Below the pieces are notes generated by a model. It did no database searches and had not been told where the DNA came from. It saw only the letters and a list, made by a program, of their open reading frames with translations. A DNA stretch of 64,000 nt from a bacterium (GTDB lineage: Archaea > Thermoplasmatota > E2 > JACPAO01 > JAHFTW01). Every line of letters begins with the position of its first letter. Position 1 is the stretch's first letter. Location of the stretch: the NCBI GenBank assembly GCA_040390065.1, contig JAZJZE010000010.1:1-64000 (forward strand). Reading direction: 5' to 3'. Both the position numbers and the translations under genes were made by a program. Shown piece after piece: positions 9,274 through 19,571 of the stretch.

Positions 9274-10130
9274 GACTTCTTCGCAGCGCACGTCGTGCAG
9301 ATGATCCCGTCGCGTCCGGTCTGAAACTTTCGCGTGCCGTCGGCCTTCGCCTCACATACGCTGCATGCGGTGCAAGGCCGGCAGTATGGCCACGCATCCG
9401 AGGCTCGCGGGCGGTCGTGGCACTTCCGGCACGCCGTTCGCTTCCGCTCCCGGTCGACGCTCTCGTTCCAGGTGGCCGTGAGTGCGTCACGCGTCTTGAA
9501 CCCGAGCCGACCAAAGTCGGGGGCGCCTTCCGGCGGAAGGTCCGGGTGGCCCATGTTCGCCCGGTTCCTGGCCGTGTCGTTGGTCACGTTTGGAAGATCG
9601 GAAGAATGCGCGGCGCTCGCCGCGCCCCTATCTTTCTTTCTTTCCCTTTCTTTCTCCATATAGCGTTGCTTCCCAGCAACGCGCCGTTGCTTGCACGCAC
9701 GCTTTTCGTTGCTTCCAAGCAACGTGTATCCGTTGCTTGCAAGCAACCGTTGCTTCCCAGCAACGATGCTAAGAGGAAGCTCTGGGGTGTTTCCCCAGGC
9801 GTTGTAGTTCTTGACCAGGACCCACCCGCCGTTCTCACCGCGCTGCAGCACGCCGATCTTGAGCAGCTGCGCGAAGGCTCGGAAGACGCTGGTGCGCTCC
9901 GCGTTGATCTCCTCCGCGACCTTCGGGAACGCGTAGCCACGCGTCTCCTTTCGCTTCCATCCGTAGGAGTCGCGGACGACGAACCAGATGACGCGCGACT
10001 GGACGCCGGTGAACGGGTAGGCGTAGATGGCCTCGAGGAGTTCGTTCGATATCTCGGTGTGGCCGTGCCCTTTTCCGGTCTGCGGCGAGGCGTCCTGGTT
10101 GCCGGTCGCAGTCGGCTGGATCTTCTTCAC
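9270..10130 (-). CDS. Lambda O-like replication initiator with C-terminal Cys cluster
   Basis: GHTEISNELLEAI...QSRVIWFVVRDSYGWKRKE...KNYNAW (Phage_rep_O-like); four C-terminal CxxC pairs; internal iterons. Confidence 0.8.
   Translation of the reverse strand: MKKIQPTATGNQDASPQTGKGHGHTEISNELLEAIYAYPFTGVQSRVIWFVVRDSYGWKRKETRGYAFPKVAEEINAERTSVFRAFAQLLKIGVLQRGENGGWVLVKNYNAWGNTPELPLSIVAGKQRLLASNGYTLLGSNEKRACKQRRVAGKQRYMEKERERKKDRGAASAAHSSDLPNVTNDTARNRANMGHPDLPPEGAPDFGRLGFKTRDALTATWNESVDRERKRTACRKCHDRPRASDAWPYCRPCTACSVCEAKADGTRKFQTGRDGIICTTCAAKKS
9629..9765. repeat. Putative replication origin: five palindromic iterons plus a strand-biased tract
   Basis: CGTTGCTT(C/G)C(C/A)AGCAAC at 9664, 9707, 9731 and 9748, a degenerate copy at 9685, and an adjacent T/C tract at 9629-9662. 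Confidence 0.75.
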
Positions 10131-10253
10131 CTGCTCGCTCGCTGTAACGGACCCGCCGCCCCGGCGGCACCAGGTAGGTGTGAGCCCAGCGCGGCGCTCA
10201 CCGGGGCGACGGTCAAGAGTTCAGAATGTTTCATGCGCTAGGCTCACGCGCAC

Positions 10254-10282
10254 ACTCTACCACGCGCGGGCGGCGATGTCAA
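10254..10282 (-). promoter_or_regulatory. Sigma70 promoter for the initiator gene
   Basis: TTGACA-17 nt-TAGAGT. Confidence 0.6.
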
Positions 10283-10333
10283 ATGAAGACAATATTTTTG
10301 TCGCAGGAAGGAGACCCGGGTGTTGGCTGGGCC

Positions 10334-10828
10334 TTAAGGGTCGAGGAAGTGCCGGACGGCCTTCTCGACGTGCGCGGAGGTGAGGCCGCGCCGGCGATCA
10401 ACGTGGAGGAAGTCGTCGCCAAGTTGGTGCATGTCGTGGGTGTCGTCGTCGAGTGCGAGGAATCGGTTGACTTTGAAGGGCGCGTTCTCGATCCAGGCGC
10501 GGATCTCCTCGAAGCGCAGGCGGCTCTCTAGCGACGGCGTGACTCCGATGACGCGCGACGTCCAAACTGATTTTGAGAGAAGTTCGCGGAGTTGCGGGAC
10601 CGAGCGGCCCTTGCGCCAGCTGCTCGAGACGACCACCTGCAGGCCCGGGACGCGCTCCAGGAGGTCCTTGAGGCTGGCCAGGTTCTCTGGGTCGAGGTCG
10701 TCGCGCTCGTTGTAGGGCGTGTCGAGCTTTGGCAGCTTGCCGTCGTGCACCCACTCCGCGTGGCGAGCCTCGAACCACGCGGTGTTGTTGAGGACGCCGT
10801 CGAAGTCAAGGAAGAGGATCCTGATCAT
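10334..10828 (-). CDS. HAD-superfamily phosphatase (Swiss-army-knife RNA-repair-like HAD)
   Basis: ILFLDFDGVLN, VVVSSSWR and LALDDD motifs. Confidence 0.85.
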   Translation of the reverse strand: MIRILFLDFDGVLNNTAWFEARHAEWVHDGKLPKLDTPYNERDDLDPENLASLKDLLERVPGLQVVVSSSWRKGRSVPQLRELLSKSVWTSRVIGVTPSLESRLRFEEIRAWIENAPFKVNRFLALDDDTHDMHQLGDDFLHVDRRRGLTSAHVEKAVRHFLDP

Positions 10829-11166
10829 GGTCGCTCCGCGCACGCGGCGGCCGCTTCGGCGCGGCCAGCGGCCATCTCGGCCAGGACCGCAGCGCGGAGC
10901 GCGGCCTGGGCGCGGCGCAGCGTCTCGTCCGCCAACGGGTCGCGCGAGTAGGATCCCGGTGGCTTGGCCCCGAAGCGGTCGACCTCGGCGCGGGCGATGC
11001 GCCGGCGGAACCAGGCACCGGTGCTGCGCAGCTGGCCGCCGCGGATGAGGCGGTAGACGTGGGTCCAGTGGTATCCGAGTTCGGCGGCTGCCTCGCGCAC
11101 GGTCAGGCCGGAACGCGCGTATCCGGCGTTCCACTCGCGGATGCGGCGGTTGATCTCGTCGCTCAC
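10825..11166 (-). CDS. Excisionase-like HTH DNA-binding protein
   Basis: LTVREAAAELGYHWTHVYRLIRGGQLRS. Confidence 0.7.
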   Translation of the reverse strand: MSDEINRRIREWNAGYARSGLTVREAAAELGYHWTHVYRLIRGGQLRSTGAWFRRRIARAEVDRFGAKPPGSYSRDPLADETLRRAQAALRAAVLAEMAAGRAEAAAACAERP

Positions 11167-11456
11167 GGCCACTCGCCTCGTGCGATCTTGATGAGCCTGC
11201 GGCCCCACTCGGTCTTCGGCGTCATCGTCACGGTCACAACAGGAGCGCGGCGGACTTGGTCCTCTGGTCGTGGCTCGCAGCTCACGCGGATGTTGACGTG
11301 ATCTCCGATTGGATCATTGGAGATGAATGGAGCGATGGCGGACGAGAGACGGCGCTTGATCTCGGTGAAATCGACGGGGATGGTCGGAGAGTCCGCGATC
11401 GCCTTTTCGATCGCAGTGCGAAGCTCGGGCCAGTCCTTCTTCTTTTCTTCGCTCAT
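11163..11456 (-). CDS. Hypothetical protein
   Basis: MSEEKKKDWPEL... coupled to neighbours by 4-bp overlaps. Confidence 0.5.
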   Translation of the reverse strand: MSEEKKKDWPELRTAIEKAIADSPTIPVDFTEIKRRLSSAIAPFISNDPIGDHVNIRVSCEPRPEDQVRRAPVVTVTMTPKTEWGRRLIKIARGEWP

Positions 11457-13587
11457 GGACGCGGTCCTCGCTCCACCGCCTCGAGCCACGGGCCGAGGCC
11501 GTGCTCCTCTGGCTCCGCCATGGGATACGGGGATTCGAGCATCGCCGCGCGCCGCGCCGGCCAGGTCCGCTCCGCCTCGGCCTCCCACGCGGCCAGCGCG
11601 GCGGCCGTCTCGGGCCGGCGGTTGTGCGCCTCGATCCTGGCGAAGATGCGCTTCATGGCCTTCTTCCGCTGCCGCTTGTTCACGGCCGCGGTCCTCGAGC
11701 GGCCAGGCTCCGCCAGCGGATCCTCGCTCGGCGCGTGATCGCCTCGCGGGTGGCGTCGGTGACGGCGCGCGTCTTGGCGCGCTCGTCGATGGCGCGGCCG
11801 AGCTGGTTCAAGCGGCGGACCCAGTGCGCGACGGGGTCGTGCTTCATGTAGAGCTGCCGTCCTTTAGGTCGTATGGGCATTCGCACCAGACGCGATGGAT
11901 GGCGCATCTGCAGCACCAATCGGCGTCGTCGTCGCAGTTCGACGCCATCTCGCCGCAGCATGGCCGGCGCTGGACGCCGGTCGCCACCGGGACGAGGACG
12001 GCCTCCGGAGGCGGCGCCTTGATCCGCTTCGCGGAGGCGCGGTCCTGCGGGGCGCGGCGACCCATCATGCGCTTCATCGGATGTAGGTGTGCGCGCTCTG
12101 CTCGCCGCCGCGGCGCCGGCGGATGGCGCGGATGGCCGCGAGCGCGCCGGTCTTCGTTCGGTAGAGGTTGTCGAAGCCGGGCCGGATCGGCAGCGCGCGG
12201 CCCTTGCGCGCGATCCTGTACCAGCCGTCCTTGTCGATCTTCACGTGGAGCATCGAGCCTCCGGGCACTCGAGGCAGACGTAGCGGCCGCCGCCGACGCC
12301 GTGCTTGGTCAGGCCCTTGCAGCGGAAGCAGTAGGCGCGGTGCTTGGCCTTGCGCAGGCCGGTGATGCGGAGGAGCTGGCGGCTGCGCCTCGAGCGGGCC
12401 GAGCCCTTGCTGTTCACGCAGGGAACCTCTCGGCCAGGAAGCGGGCGACCCAGCCAGCGGGGAGCGGCGGCGGCTCCCAGAGGATACCGCGCTGCGACCC
12501 GCAGTGCTGGCATCGGCCACCATTCTCAATGCCGCGGTTGTGCGCCTGCATGGCCCGGACGGCGCGGTCGATCCAGGCGCCGCGCTTGCTGGCCACGGCG
12601 GCGCGCGCCTCCGCGATGCAGGCCGGCGGCATGGCCTCGTCAATCATCGGGCCGCTGATCGCGCCGGCGGTCATCGTGGCGGCTCCTGGGGCGCGGGCTT
12701 CGGGGACCCCCCTCCCCCATTCCTGGAGCGGCGGGGCTTGCGGGTGATGGCGGTCAGGCAAATGATCTCCCCGCTGTGACGCCTAAAAAAGTCTTTCTCG
12801 GGGACAGCGAGTCCGATCTTCGCCAGCGCTTCGGTGACTGAAAAATAGTGCCGATCAAAGACATCATCTCGGATGGGTCCGAACGCTACGATGTTCTTCA
12901 TCCTCTCTCTCCTTGCCCGGTCAGCGGGCGGCGGGGCCGACGGCGGGCGCATCGCAGACAGACCGGCTTCGCGTCAGCGTGCTGAACGCGGAGCATCGCT
13001 ATTCCCATGAGCCCACAAGCCGTATCGCCATCAAGAGCGACGTGAACGACGCGGCCCTGCGGCTTGTGGATGTATCCCCACTGAGTTACCTTCATGGTTG
13101 ACCCTCCGCTTCGGCGGCTACAGGGGCGGGGCCCCAGTTGCGAGACTTCTGCTTTTCCTTCAACTCGGCCTCGGTCACGGTGCCGCTGTTGAGGCGAGCC
13201 GCGAACGCCTGCCTGCCAGCCCAACACGACGCGCAGATGTCTGGACGCAATCGCTCCTTCTGCCGATCCCTCGGGCCCTTACAGTCGCGGCACTTCACTT
13301 CTTCCCTCCCGAAGGAGAGGGGGAGGCGGGGGCGGGCACAATCCGCATCTCTGTCTCGGTTGTCGTCCACTCCGTACAGGCGGACAAGCGCATAGAAATC
13401 CCTGCCGACTGTTGAGCCCTGTCCGCTAGGGCACAGCCGTTCTCGATGGCATAGCAGGATGAAATTCCGCCGTGCGTCCACTCGAATAATTGCCCGGTTG
13501 GGCGACTCTCGATGTACTTACATGCGGCTGTCGCGTCGGTGAACCCAACGGGAGCGGCGGTTCCGATCAGAACGACAAAGAACGATG

Positions 13588-14067
13588 TCAGCATGGCTTC
13601 TCCTTGGGCTCGGCCTTCGGGGCGCACTTCGGGCAGGGGAAGCACTCGCATGGCTTTGGATAGTGAGCCGCGCATTCTCCGGTAGCCGTGACGCCGCCGC
13701 ACTCCGCGCACGGCTCCTCGGCCTTCACGACCGGGGCATCAAGAGCGGCCCTGGCGATGTTGACCCCGAAGTTCGGGTCCAGCGTCATCGTCGTTTTGTA
13801 ATTGGAGATTCGCACCAACGCTTCTCGATATAGAGCGCACCTTTGCTCGTAAAGATTGAGTGCCGACTTCGCGCAAAGGTGGGCGGTGAGATTCTGCTTA
13901 GCGGGGCCATCGTTTGCGATGTCGTCTTGAAGTCCGCGGATCGTCGCTTCCAGCCCAGCGATCCTCTCGTCCTTCTCCGCGCAGGAGGCGACAAGGCGTT
14001 CCCCGATTGAAGACATCGAGGGATTGTCCATACCACCAAGGACTTCTAGCCACTTTTTAATCGTCAC
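13588..14067 (-). CDS. Hypothetical protein with Cys-rich C-terminus
   Basis: 159 aa; coiled segment followed by CxxC clusters. Confidence 0.5.
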   Translation of the reverse strand: MTIKKWLEVLGGMDNPSMSSIGERLVASCAEKDERIAGLEATIRGLQDDIANDGPAKQNLTAHLCAKSALNLYEQRCALYREALVRISNYKTTMTLDPNFGVNIARAALDAPVVKAEEPCAECGGVTATGECAAHYPKPCECFPCPKCAPKAEPKEKPC

Positions 14068-15006
14068 GGCTTCCTCCGGTCCTCGAAGTTCTTTTTTAAC
14101 CCGTCATGGAGCCCGCAACGATAGCCTTCCTTGGCTGCGATATAGGCAACAACGACGGCTCCAAACCAAATTATGGTTGCGCTCACGGCTTCGGCTCCTG
14201 CGCCGAGGCGTTGTCGGCGGCTGCCTGGCAGCGTCTGCAATCGCTCAATCCGTGACGGCCACACGCCGGTTGGCCGCCGCTCCCGGCGTCCTTGAATGCC
14301 TTGATGATCTTGGCGGGGTTGGGTTCCTGCGCCTTCTTCTGACGACAAATATGACAATCCGACGGATGACAGTCGGTCTTGTCCCCACATGAGGGCTTCT
14401 GCGCTGAGGCGTGGGAGGAGAGGGCGGCGCGTAGGATTTCAAACGCTTGCTTGAATTGTTTTTTAGTGAACTGGCCAGGGTCCTCGTACTTATACTTCCA
14501 GTCAGCCTCGTCCATAAACACGCTTGCCGCCTCCACCACCCGCTCCGCCGACGCCAGGCGGGCGCGGAGAGAGGCGCGTTCGTCCAAGACCTTTCGCATG
14601 GCATCCTTGACGGCTTGAAGTCGCCCAGTCGCCTCAAGCACGACGGCTGCGCCTTTGATGGCGCCAAGTAATTCGAGATCGTCGATATGGCTCACGCCCT
14701 GCCTCCCGCTCCGGCCGCGACCGGCGGCGCCCAGATGAGCGCTGGCCGGTGCTCGCATAGGCCGACGACGATCTGCCGGCGGATCGCCGCGAGCCGGACC
14801 GCCGCCTCGAAGGCGCGCTGCAGGCTCAAGCCGTCCGTGCCTGCTGTCCTCATCGCGCTCCCTGCCGCATGATCCTGGCGCGCAGCCGCGCGCGGGTGCG
14901 GTCGTTGGACACCTGCCCGAGCGCCTCCTCGCGCATGCGGTCGGGCAGAGACGACGGCAGGGTGCGGGCGAGCTTGCGCATCTTCGATCGTTGCATGGTC
15001 TTCTCC

Positions 15007-15264
15007 TTACGCCTTCTTCTCTCGCTTGGCCAGCTCGGCGGCTATGGCCTTGAGCCCGATGCGGATCGCCGTCTCGGGGCCGAATCGGATAATGTGCGAG
15101 TCTCGCCCGTCGGCCTCGCGGATGACGAGCCCGTTGTTGCGTCCCAGCTCGGACATGCGGCCGTCGCGACTCTCGATGAGGGCGTTCTCGACGGCCCGTC
15201 GACCGACCTCTAGCAGGCTCGCGTCTCCGATGATCTCAGACAGCGATGCGTCTCGGTCTTTCAT
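15007..15264 (-). CDS. Hypothetical protein
   Basis: MKDRDASLSEIIG... with GGAGG RBS. Confidence 0.55.
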   Translation of the reverse strand: MKDRDASLSEIIGDASLLEVGRRAVENALIESRDGRMSELGRNNGLVIREADGRDSHIIRFGPETAIRIGLKAIAAELAKREKKA

Positions 15265-15642
15265 AGTCCTCCGGTTCCTGCCGCGCCGTTCGAAGGCGGG
15301 GCCGTTGGTAGCAGCCGCTTGGCGAGGCAGCGCGGGCAGGTGACGTCGTTCCAGTCGTCGACGCCGGAGCCGCTGCGGCGGTCCTTGTAGCGAAAGGCGG
15401 TGGTGCCGCACTCGCCGAGATAGACGCCGCTCGTGGCCTTGTGCAGACGCACTTTTTTCGGCTGGTTGGTGGTCAGCGCCGGGTCGCTCGGGTCGATGAC
15501 GCCGAAGGCTCCGGCGGCAATGCAGTGGGGGCAGTGCGGGCAGCTCAAGCAATCCCCATGGCCATCGCCCAGAGCTGGTCGCGGATCTGCTCGTAGTTCT
15601 CCATCAGGTCGGACGCATAGATGGAGCAGTGGGTCACGAGCT

Positions 15643-15963
15643 TCATCGCGGCACCATCCTGACGCCTGCGGCCTTGGCGGTCTCGTAGGCGTAGGCTCCC
15701 AGGATCGCATCGACCGCGGCCGCGCGGGCCTCGGCCGTCGTGGGATGGGCGACGTCGTAGAATCGGTCGCCGGCCTTCTCGGCGGGGAAGACGATGAACG
15801 GGCCGTCCTCGTCGCCCTGCAGGATCCTGATGCTCTTGATCACGAATGCGCCGGCGACGGTCAGCTCGGCGAAGGCGAGGAGGCGGATGCCGGTGTCATC
15901 CGGCGCCGCGTCGTCGTGGTGGAGGCGGACGCGGGCCTCGAGCGCTGGGAGCGGGCTAGTCAT
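15643..15963 (-). CDS. spoVG: SpoVG-family nucleic-acid-binding protein
   Basis: LLAFAELT...FVIKSIRILQG...FIVFP...FYDVAHPTTAEAR...ILGAY follows the SpoVG pattern. Confidence 0.8.
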   Translation of the reverse strand: MTSPLPALEARVRLHHDDAAPDDTGIRLLAFAELTVAGAFVIKSIRILQGDEDGPFIVFPAEKAGDRFYDVAHPTTAEARAAAVDAILGAYAYETAKAAGVRMVPR

Positions 15964-16186
15964 TGTAGACCCGCACGCGCAGCAGCGTGTTCGGGACCTC
16001 GTAGGCGACCCAGTGCAGGTCGCCGTGCTCGCCGTGGGCCTCGCCGCGCACGAACGTTCCGAGGCCGGCGACCTCGAAGCGCTCGGGCCAGACGCCTGGA
16101 GCGAAGCCAAGCTCGGCGGCCTCGGCGGAGTAGCCCCCGGGCAGGCCGTCTCGCATCTCCTGCAGTTGCGTGATCGCGATGTCCAT
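15956..16186 (-). CDS. Hypothetical protein
   Basis: MDIAITQLQE... in operon. Confidence 0.5.
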   Translation of the reverse strand: MDIAITQLQEMRDGLPGGYSAEAAELGFAPGVWPERFEVAGLGTFVRGEAHGEHGDLHWVAYEVPNTLLRVRVYND

Positions 16187-16188
16187 GG

Positions 16189-16515
16189 TCAGCGGCCCTC
16201 CGCGCGGGCGATGGCGGCGACTTCCTGACGATTCGCGGCCTCCCGATAAAGCTCGTAGTTCTTCTTCTTGAGGAAGTCGCGGCACTCGTTCAGGACGCGC
16301 CCGAGGACTTCGGCCAATTCGTCGCGCTCGGCGGCGGTCTCCGGCGCGGCGGCGATGAGGCGGGCGTTCGCACGCTGTTCGCTGTGGTCGTTATATGGCG
16401 CGTTGACGGGAAGATGCGAGCCATCTGGCTTCGTCAACCTGTAGTCGTGCGCGTGGTTGCTGGTGTCCACGCATCCCCACGGCCCAGGCGTGTGCGGCGT
16501 GGTCTTGGTCGCCAT
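16189..16515 (-). CDS. Conserved phage hypothetical protein
   Basis: HTPGPW...ANARLIAAAPE motif common in phage early proteins. Confidence 0.65.
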   Translation of the reverse strand: MATKTTPHTPGPWGCVDTSNHAHDYRLTKPDGSHLPVNAPYNDHSEQRANARLIAAAPETAAERDELAEVLGRVLNECRDFLKKKNYELYREAANRQEVAAIARAEGR

Positions 16516-16516
16516 G

Positions 16517-17296
16517 TTAGCGGACCTCCTCGCCGCAGACCGCGGCGAGCCCGTCGGCCATGAGGTGGTAGACGCCGTTCTTGAAGAAGGCGTCGGCGCC
16601 ATCGATGTCATCGGCAGTCCGGCTCTTGAAGCAGGCGCGGCAGAGCGACGCGGCCTTGATGGCCGGCTTCGCGTCGTGCGCCGCGGCCGCCTTGAGGCTG
16701 GCGAGCGCGCTGCGCGCCTGGTCGAGGCGGGCGACCTTCATGTCGAGATCGTTGCCAAGGCCCTGGACGATGCCGCAGGCGCTGGGCATGCGCCCGGCGT
16801 TGATCGCCTCCTCGGCATCAGCGAGCCGGCGGCCGAGGCTCTCGATGCCGCTCAGGATCGCGCGCTCGATCGTCTTGATCTCGCGCTCGAGGCCTCCGAT
16901 GACCAGGTCGGTGTCGGTGAGGTCCTTCGGTGCCGGCCGCAGCTTGGCGCTGTGGGTGTCGGCTCGCGGGTCGGCGGCGTGCTGGGGCGGCTGCTCGGTC
17001 GCCGGCGCCGGAATGGCGATGTAGCGGGCGTACTCGTAGCCCTCCGTGTTGATGAGCATCGTGTCGCCGTTCGGGGCGCGGTACTCGTTCCAGCCGCGCG
17101 CGCCGCGCAGGACCCAGTGGTTGCCGCCCGGGTTGTTCCAGAGCGCGTTGAAGGAGACCTGATCCAGGTCGACGGTGCGCTTGACCAGGATGTCCTGCGG
17201 CTCGCGGGTCGGCGCGGCGGCGAGCGCTTCGGACCAGAGTGTCTTGCAGAAAACTGCGGCGCGGATCGTGCGGGCTCCGGCGTTCTTGGTGGTCAT
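16517..17296 (-). CDS. Hypothetical early protein
   Basis: First gene behind the duplicated promoter; starts MTTKN; contains INTEGYEYARY. Confidence 0.6.
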   Translation of the reverse strand: MTTKNAGARTIRAAVFCKTLWSEALAAAPTREPQDILVKRTVDLDQVSFNALWNNPGGNHWVLRGARGWNEYRAPNGDTMLINTEGYEYARYIAIPAPATEQPPQHAADPRADTHSAKLRPAPKDLTDTDLVIGGLEREIKTIERAILSGIESLGRRLADAEEAINAGRMPSACGIVQGLGNDLDMKVARLDQARSALASLKAAAAHDAKPAIKAASLCRACFKSRTADDIDGADAFFKNGVYHLMADGLAAVCGEEVR

Positions 17297-17370
17297 CGTT
17301 GTGGCCTCTCTAGTTGCGGCGTTGTCCTTCCTCGTTAGTATAGCAGATGGCATGCCATCTGTCAAGGCCT
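17289..17370 (-). repeat. Promoter/operator/leader cassette, copy 1
   Basis: About 82 bp identical, apart from one indel, to 38120-38200. TTGACA-17-TATACT with palindrome CAGATGGCATGCCATCTG. Confidence 0.92.
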
Positions 17371-17743
17371 AATTTCCCTGGTTCTTCGTCGCGCATCCTC
17401 CTGGCCCGTCGCAGCCACAGGTCGCCGGGTGCGGATCCCCGGGCAGCCACGCGCCGTCGCTGTCCTTGTGGAGCTTGTCCTTGAGCCAGCAGGGGTAGCA
17501 GAGGAGCAGGCGATTGAGCTGCCGCATCTGCTTGCACATCTTGCAGGGCCCTTCGGCCGGCGGCTTGCGCGCGCGGCGCTTGATGTCCTCGGGCGTCTCC
17601 TTCTCCTCGGACTTGGGCTTGTCCGCCGGCGGCGCGGCTGGAGCGGCAGCGGGCTCGGCGACCTCGGTCTCGGCGTATACGGGGATGTCGACGCAGCCGA
17701 ACATTTGCGAGCCATCGGAGAGCGTCCAGATGCGCGGCGTCAT
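17369..17743 (-). CDS. Hypothetical Zn-finger protein
   Basis: CKMC...CYPC...HPATCGC. Confidence 0.5.
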   Translation of the reverse strand: MTPRIWTLSDGSQMFGCVDIPVYAETEVAEPAAAPAAPPADKPKSEEKETPEDIKRRARKPPAEGPCKMCKQMRQLNRLLLCYPCWLKDKLHKDSDGAWLPGDPHPATCGCDGPGGCATKNQGN

Positions 17744-18414
17744 CGCGTCCTCCAGGCCTTCACGAAGTCGCGCACGGGGCCGCTGCGGGCGCGCCGGGCG
17801 GGTCCGTGCAGGCGCAACCATCCGGCGCGGCGGCACCAGGCGGCGGCGGCCTGCGGCTCGGGCGGGGCGTCCTCGCCCTCGATGCGGATGCCATAGGTCG
17901 GGTCGTAGCTTACGGCGGCGCTGGGAGCGCCCACGCGGCGCAGCTTGCCGACCGGGACGACGTCGTCTTCGTCAGAGCCCACGGTCACTCCGGTCCTCGG
18001 CGCGCTCGGCCGCTATCTCGGCCGGCGTCGGGCATGTGCAGTCGGCCGGCTCGCCGTCGTGGTTGTCCTCGTGGCGCGGGCAGGTCTTGACGTGCTCGGG
18101 CTCGTCGTCCCACGGCGTGGCCGTGCGCCAGGCGTCGTAGCTGGCCGGCAGGAGTCCGCCGCTCATCGGCGCCGCGACGGGAGGATGAGCGCGGCCGGGA
18201 TGCGCACGCTCATGAAGGCGACCAGGGGCAGCGCGGCGCGAGCGCGGACCTGGGCCATGAGGTCGACGTTCAGCAGAAGGCAGGTGCCGCACGGCTTCTC
18301 GGGGAGACCGCCGAGCTTGCGGTAGGCGCACTTGAGGCAGATCTTGGAGGACGGCGAGATCGGGTCCGGCGTGGTCCGGCGGGCTGCGGCGCGGCGGCAT
18401 CTTTTCATGGGGTC

Positions 18415-18443
18415 AGCGTATCATGTAGCATGGCATCTGTCAA
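18415..18443 (-). promoter_or_regulatory. Promoter with degenerate operator
   Basis: TTGACA-GATGCCATGCTACATGA-TACGCT. Confidence 0.65.
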
Positions 18444-18450
18444 GTAATCG

Positions 18451-18849
18451 TCACGAGGCCGTCACCTGTCCCGGCGGTAGCCACGGAACTTCGTAGAGCC
18501 CGAGCGCGCCCTTGACCGGCACGGGCTCGTTGAGCATGCGGACCTCGGACAGCCAGAAGCCGTAGCCGTCGTAGAGCGGGCAGAGCGCCTGCGGCACGAG
18601 CGCCTGCGTGAAGCGGACGCACTCGTCGAGCCTGGCCGTGGCGATGATCTTGCCGTACTCGAAGTCGGCCGGCTTGGGCATCTGGATGCCGATCGACTTG
18701 AGGTAGTCGTAGTGAGGCTTGTGGAGGCGCTTGGACGCCGCGATCAGCAGCGGGCCGCGGTAGGAGGTAGCCCACGTTCTTGTCTCCAAAGTTTTGAGGC
18801 CCACAGCGACGGCCCAGGCGTACGGCTGCAGCAGGCTTAGGCACTTCAT
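18451..18849 (-). CDS. ASCH-domain protein
   Basis: LSLLQPYA...GLKTLETRTWATSYRGPLLIAASK...PVKGALGL. Confidence 0.88.
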   Translation of the reverse strand: MKCLSLLQPYAWAVAVGLKTLETRTWATSYRGPLLIAASKRLHKPHYDYLKSIGIQMPKPADFEYGKIIATARLDECVRFTQALVPQALCPLYDGYGFWLSEVRMLNEPVPVKGALGLYEVPWLPPGQVTAS

Positions 18850-19565
18850 GCGGCCGCTCCGTCCGCCTCGGGGTCGTCGTCATGCGGCGCTGGCGGCGGC
18901 GTCTCCGGCGCGCGCCCGCAGGTCGTCGACTTGTGGCCGGGCTTCCGGCACTTGCCGCAGAGGCGCTTGGCGGGCGCGCCGGGGGCGGCAGGCCGCTCGG
19001 TCTCCTCGGCGCGCTTCATCGATCCGGCCATCTCGCCGAAGTAGGCGTCCAGCTCCTCGCGGATGAGCGTGCGGATGGGCCCGGTGTTCTCCGGGTCGAG
19101 CAGGGCGCGCTTGAGGCGGGCGTCGGCGATCCCCTCGACGACCTCGCGGATGTTCTTCATATCCTGCCTCCTCACGACTCCGTCTAGAAATATCAGCGCG
19201 GCGATGTGGTCCCACGCCCCCGCCTCGGGCACGGCCTGCGCGACGCGCTCGAGCGTCCACGGCTTGTCCGGGCGCGGCGAGACGCGTATCAGGCCGTCTG
19301 GCCGCATCCGGCCCCCGGAGCGCCAGGAGTTCTCCTTGCGGCGGTACCAGGCGTCGACTCCGCGCCGCGCGCCGGCCGTGCAGACGCCGACGCCGCTCGT
19401 CCCGAAGTCGCCGCGGGACTTGTGCCGCTGCCGGGTGCCCCGCGCGCGGCGCGCATTCCGGTAGCGCTGGTTGGCGTAGCCCTCGCTCGTGTCGCCGCGG
19501 TCGCGCAGCCAGATCAAGTAGTCGTGCAGGGCGTTGCGGGCGCGCTCGTGGAGGTCGCCTTGCAT
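18846..19565 (-). CDS. Hypothetical protein with CCHC zinc knuckle (start uncertain)
   Basis: CGKCRKPGHKSTTC near the C-terminus. Confidence 0.45.
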   Translation of the reverse strand: MQGDLHERARNALHDYLIWLRDRGDTSEGYANQRYRNARRARGTRQRHKSRGDFGTSGVGVCTAGARRGVDAWYRRKENSWRSGGRMRPDGLIRVSPRPDKPWTLERVAQAVPEAGAWDHIAALIFLDGVVRRQDMKNIREVVEGIADARLKRALLDPENTGPIRTLIREELDAYFGEMAGSMKRAEETERPAAPGAPAKRLCGKCRKPGHKSTTCGRAPETPPPAPHDDDPEADGAAA

Positions 19566-19571
19566 GGGCCG

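Noticed and set aside
9664-9765. Palindromic repeats as a mini CRISPR array
   Set aside because: The repeats are 17-18 bp with 0-6 bp gaps, lie inside a coding gene and have no cas genes nearby. They fit iterons.
10825-11166. Excisionase as evidence of a prophage
   Set aside because: No integrase, att-like repeat or host genes in the window; this HTH class is common as a generic regulator.
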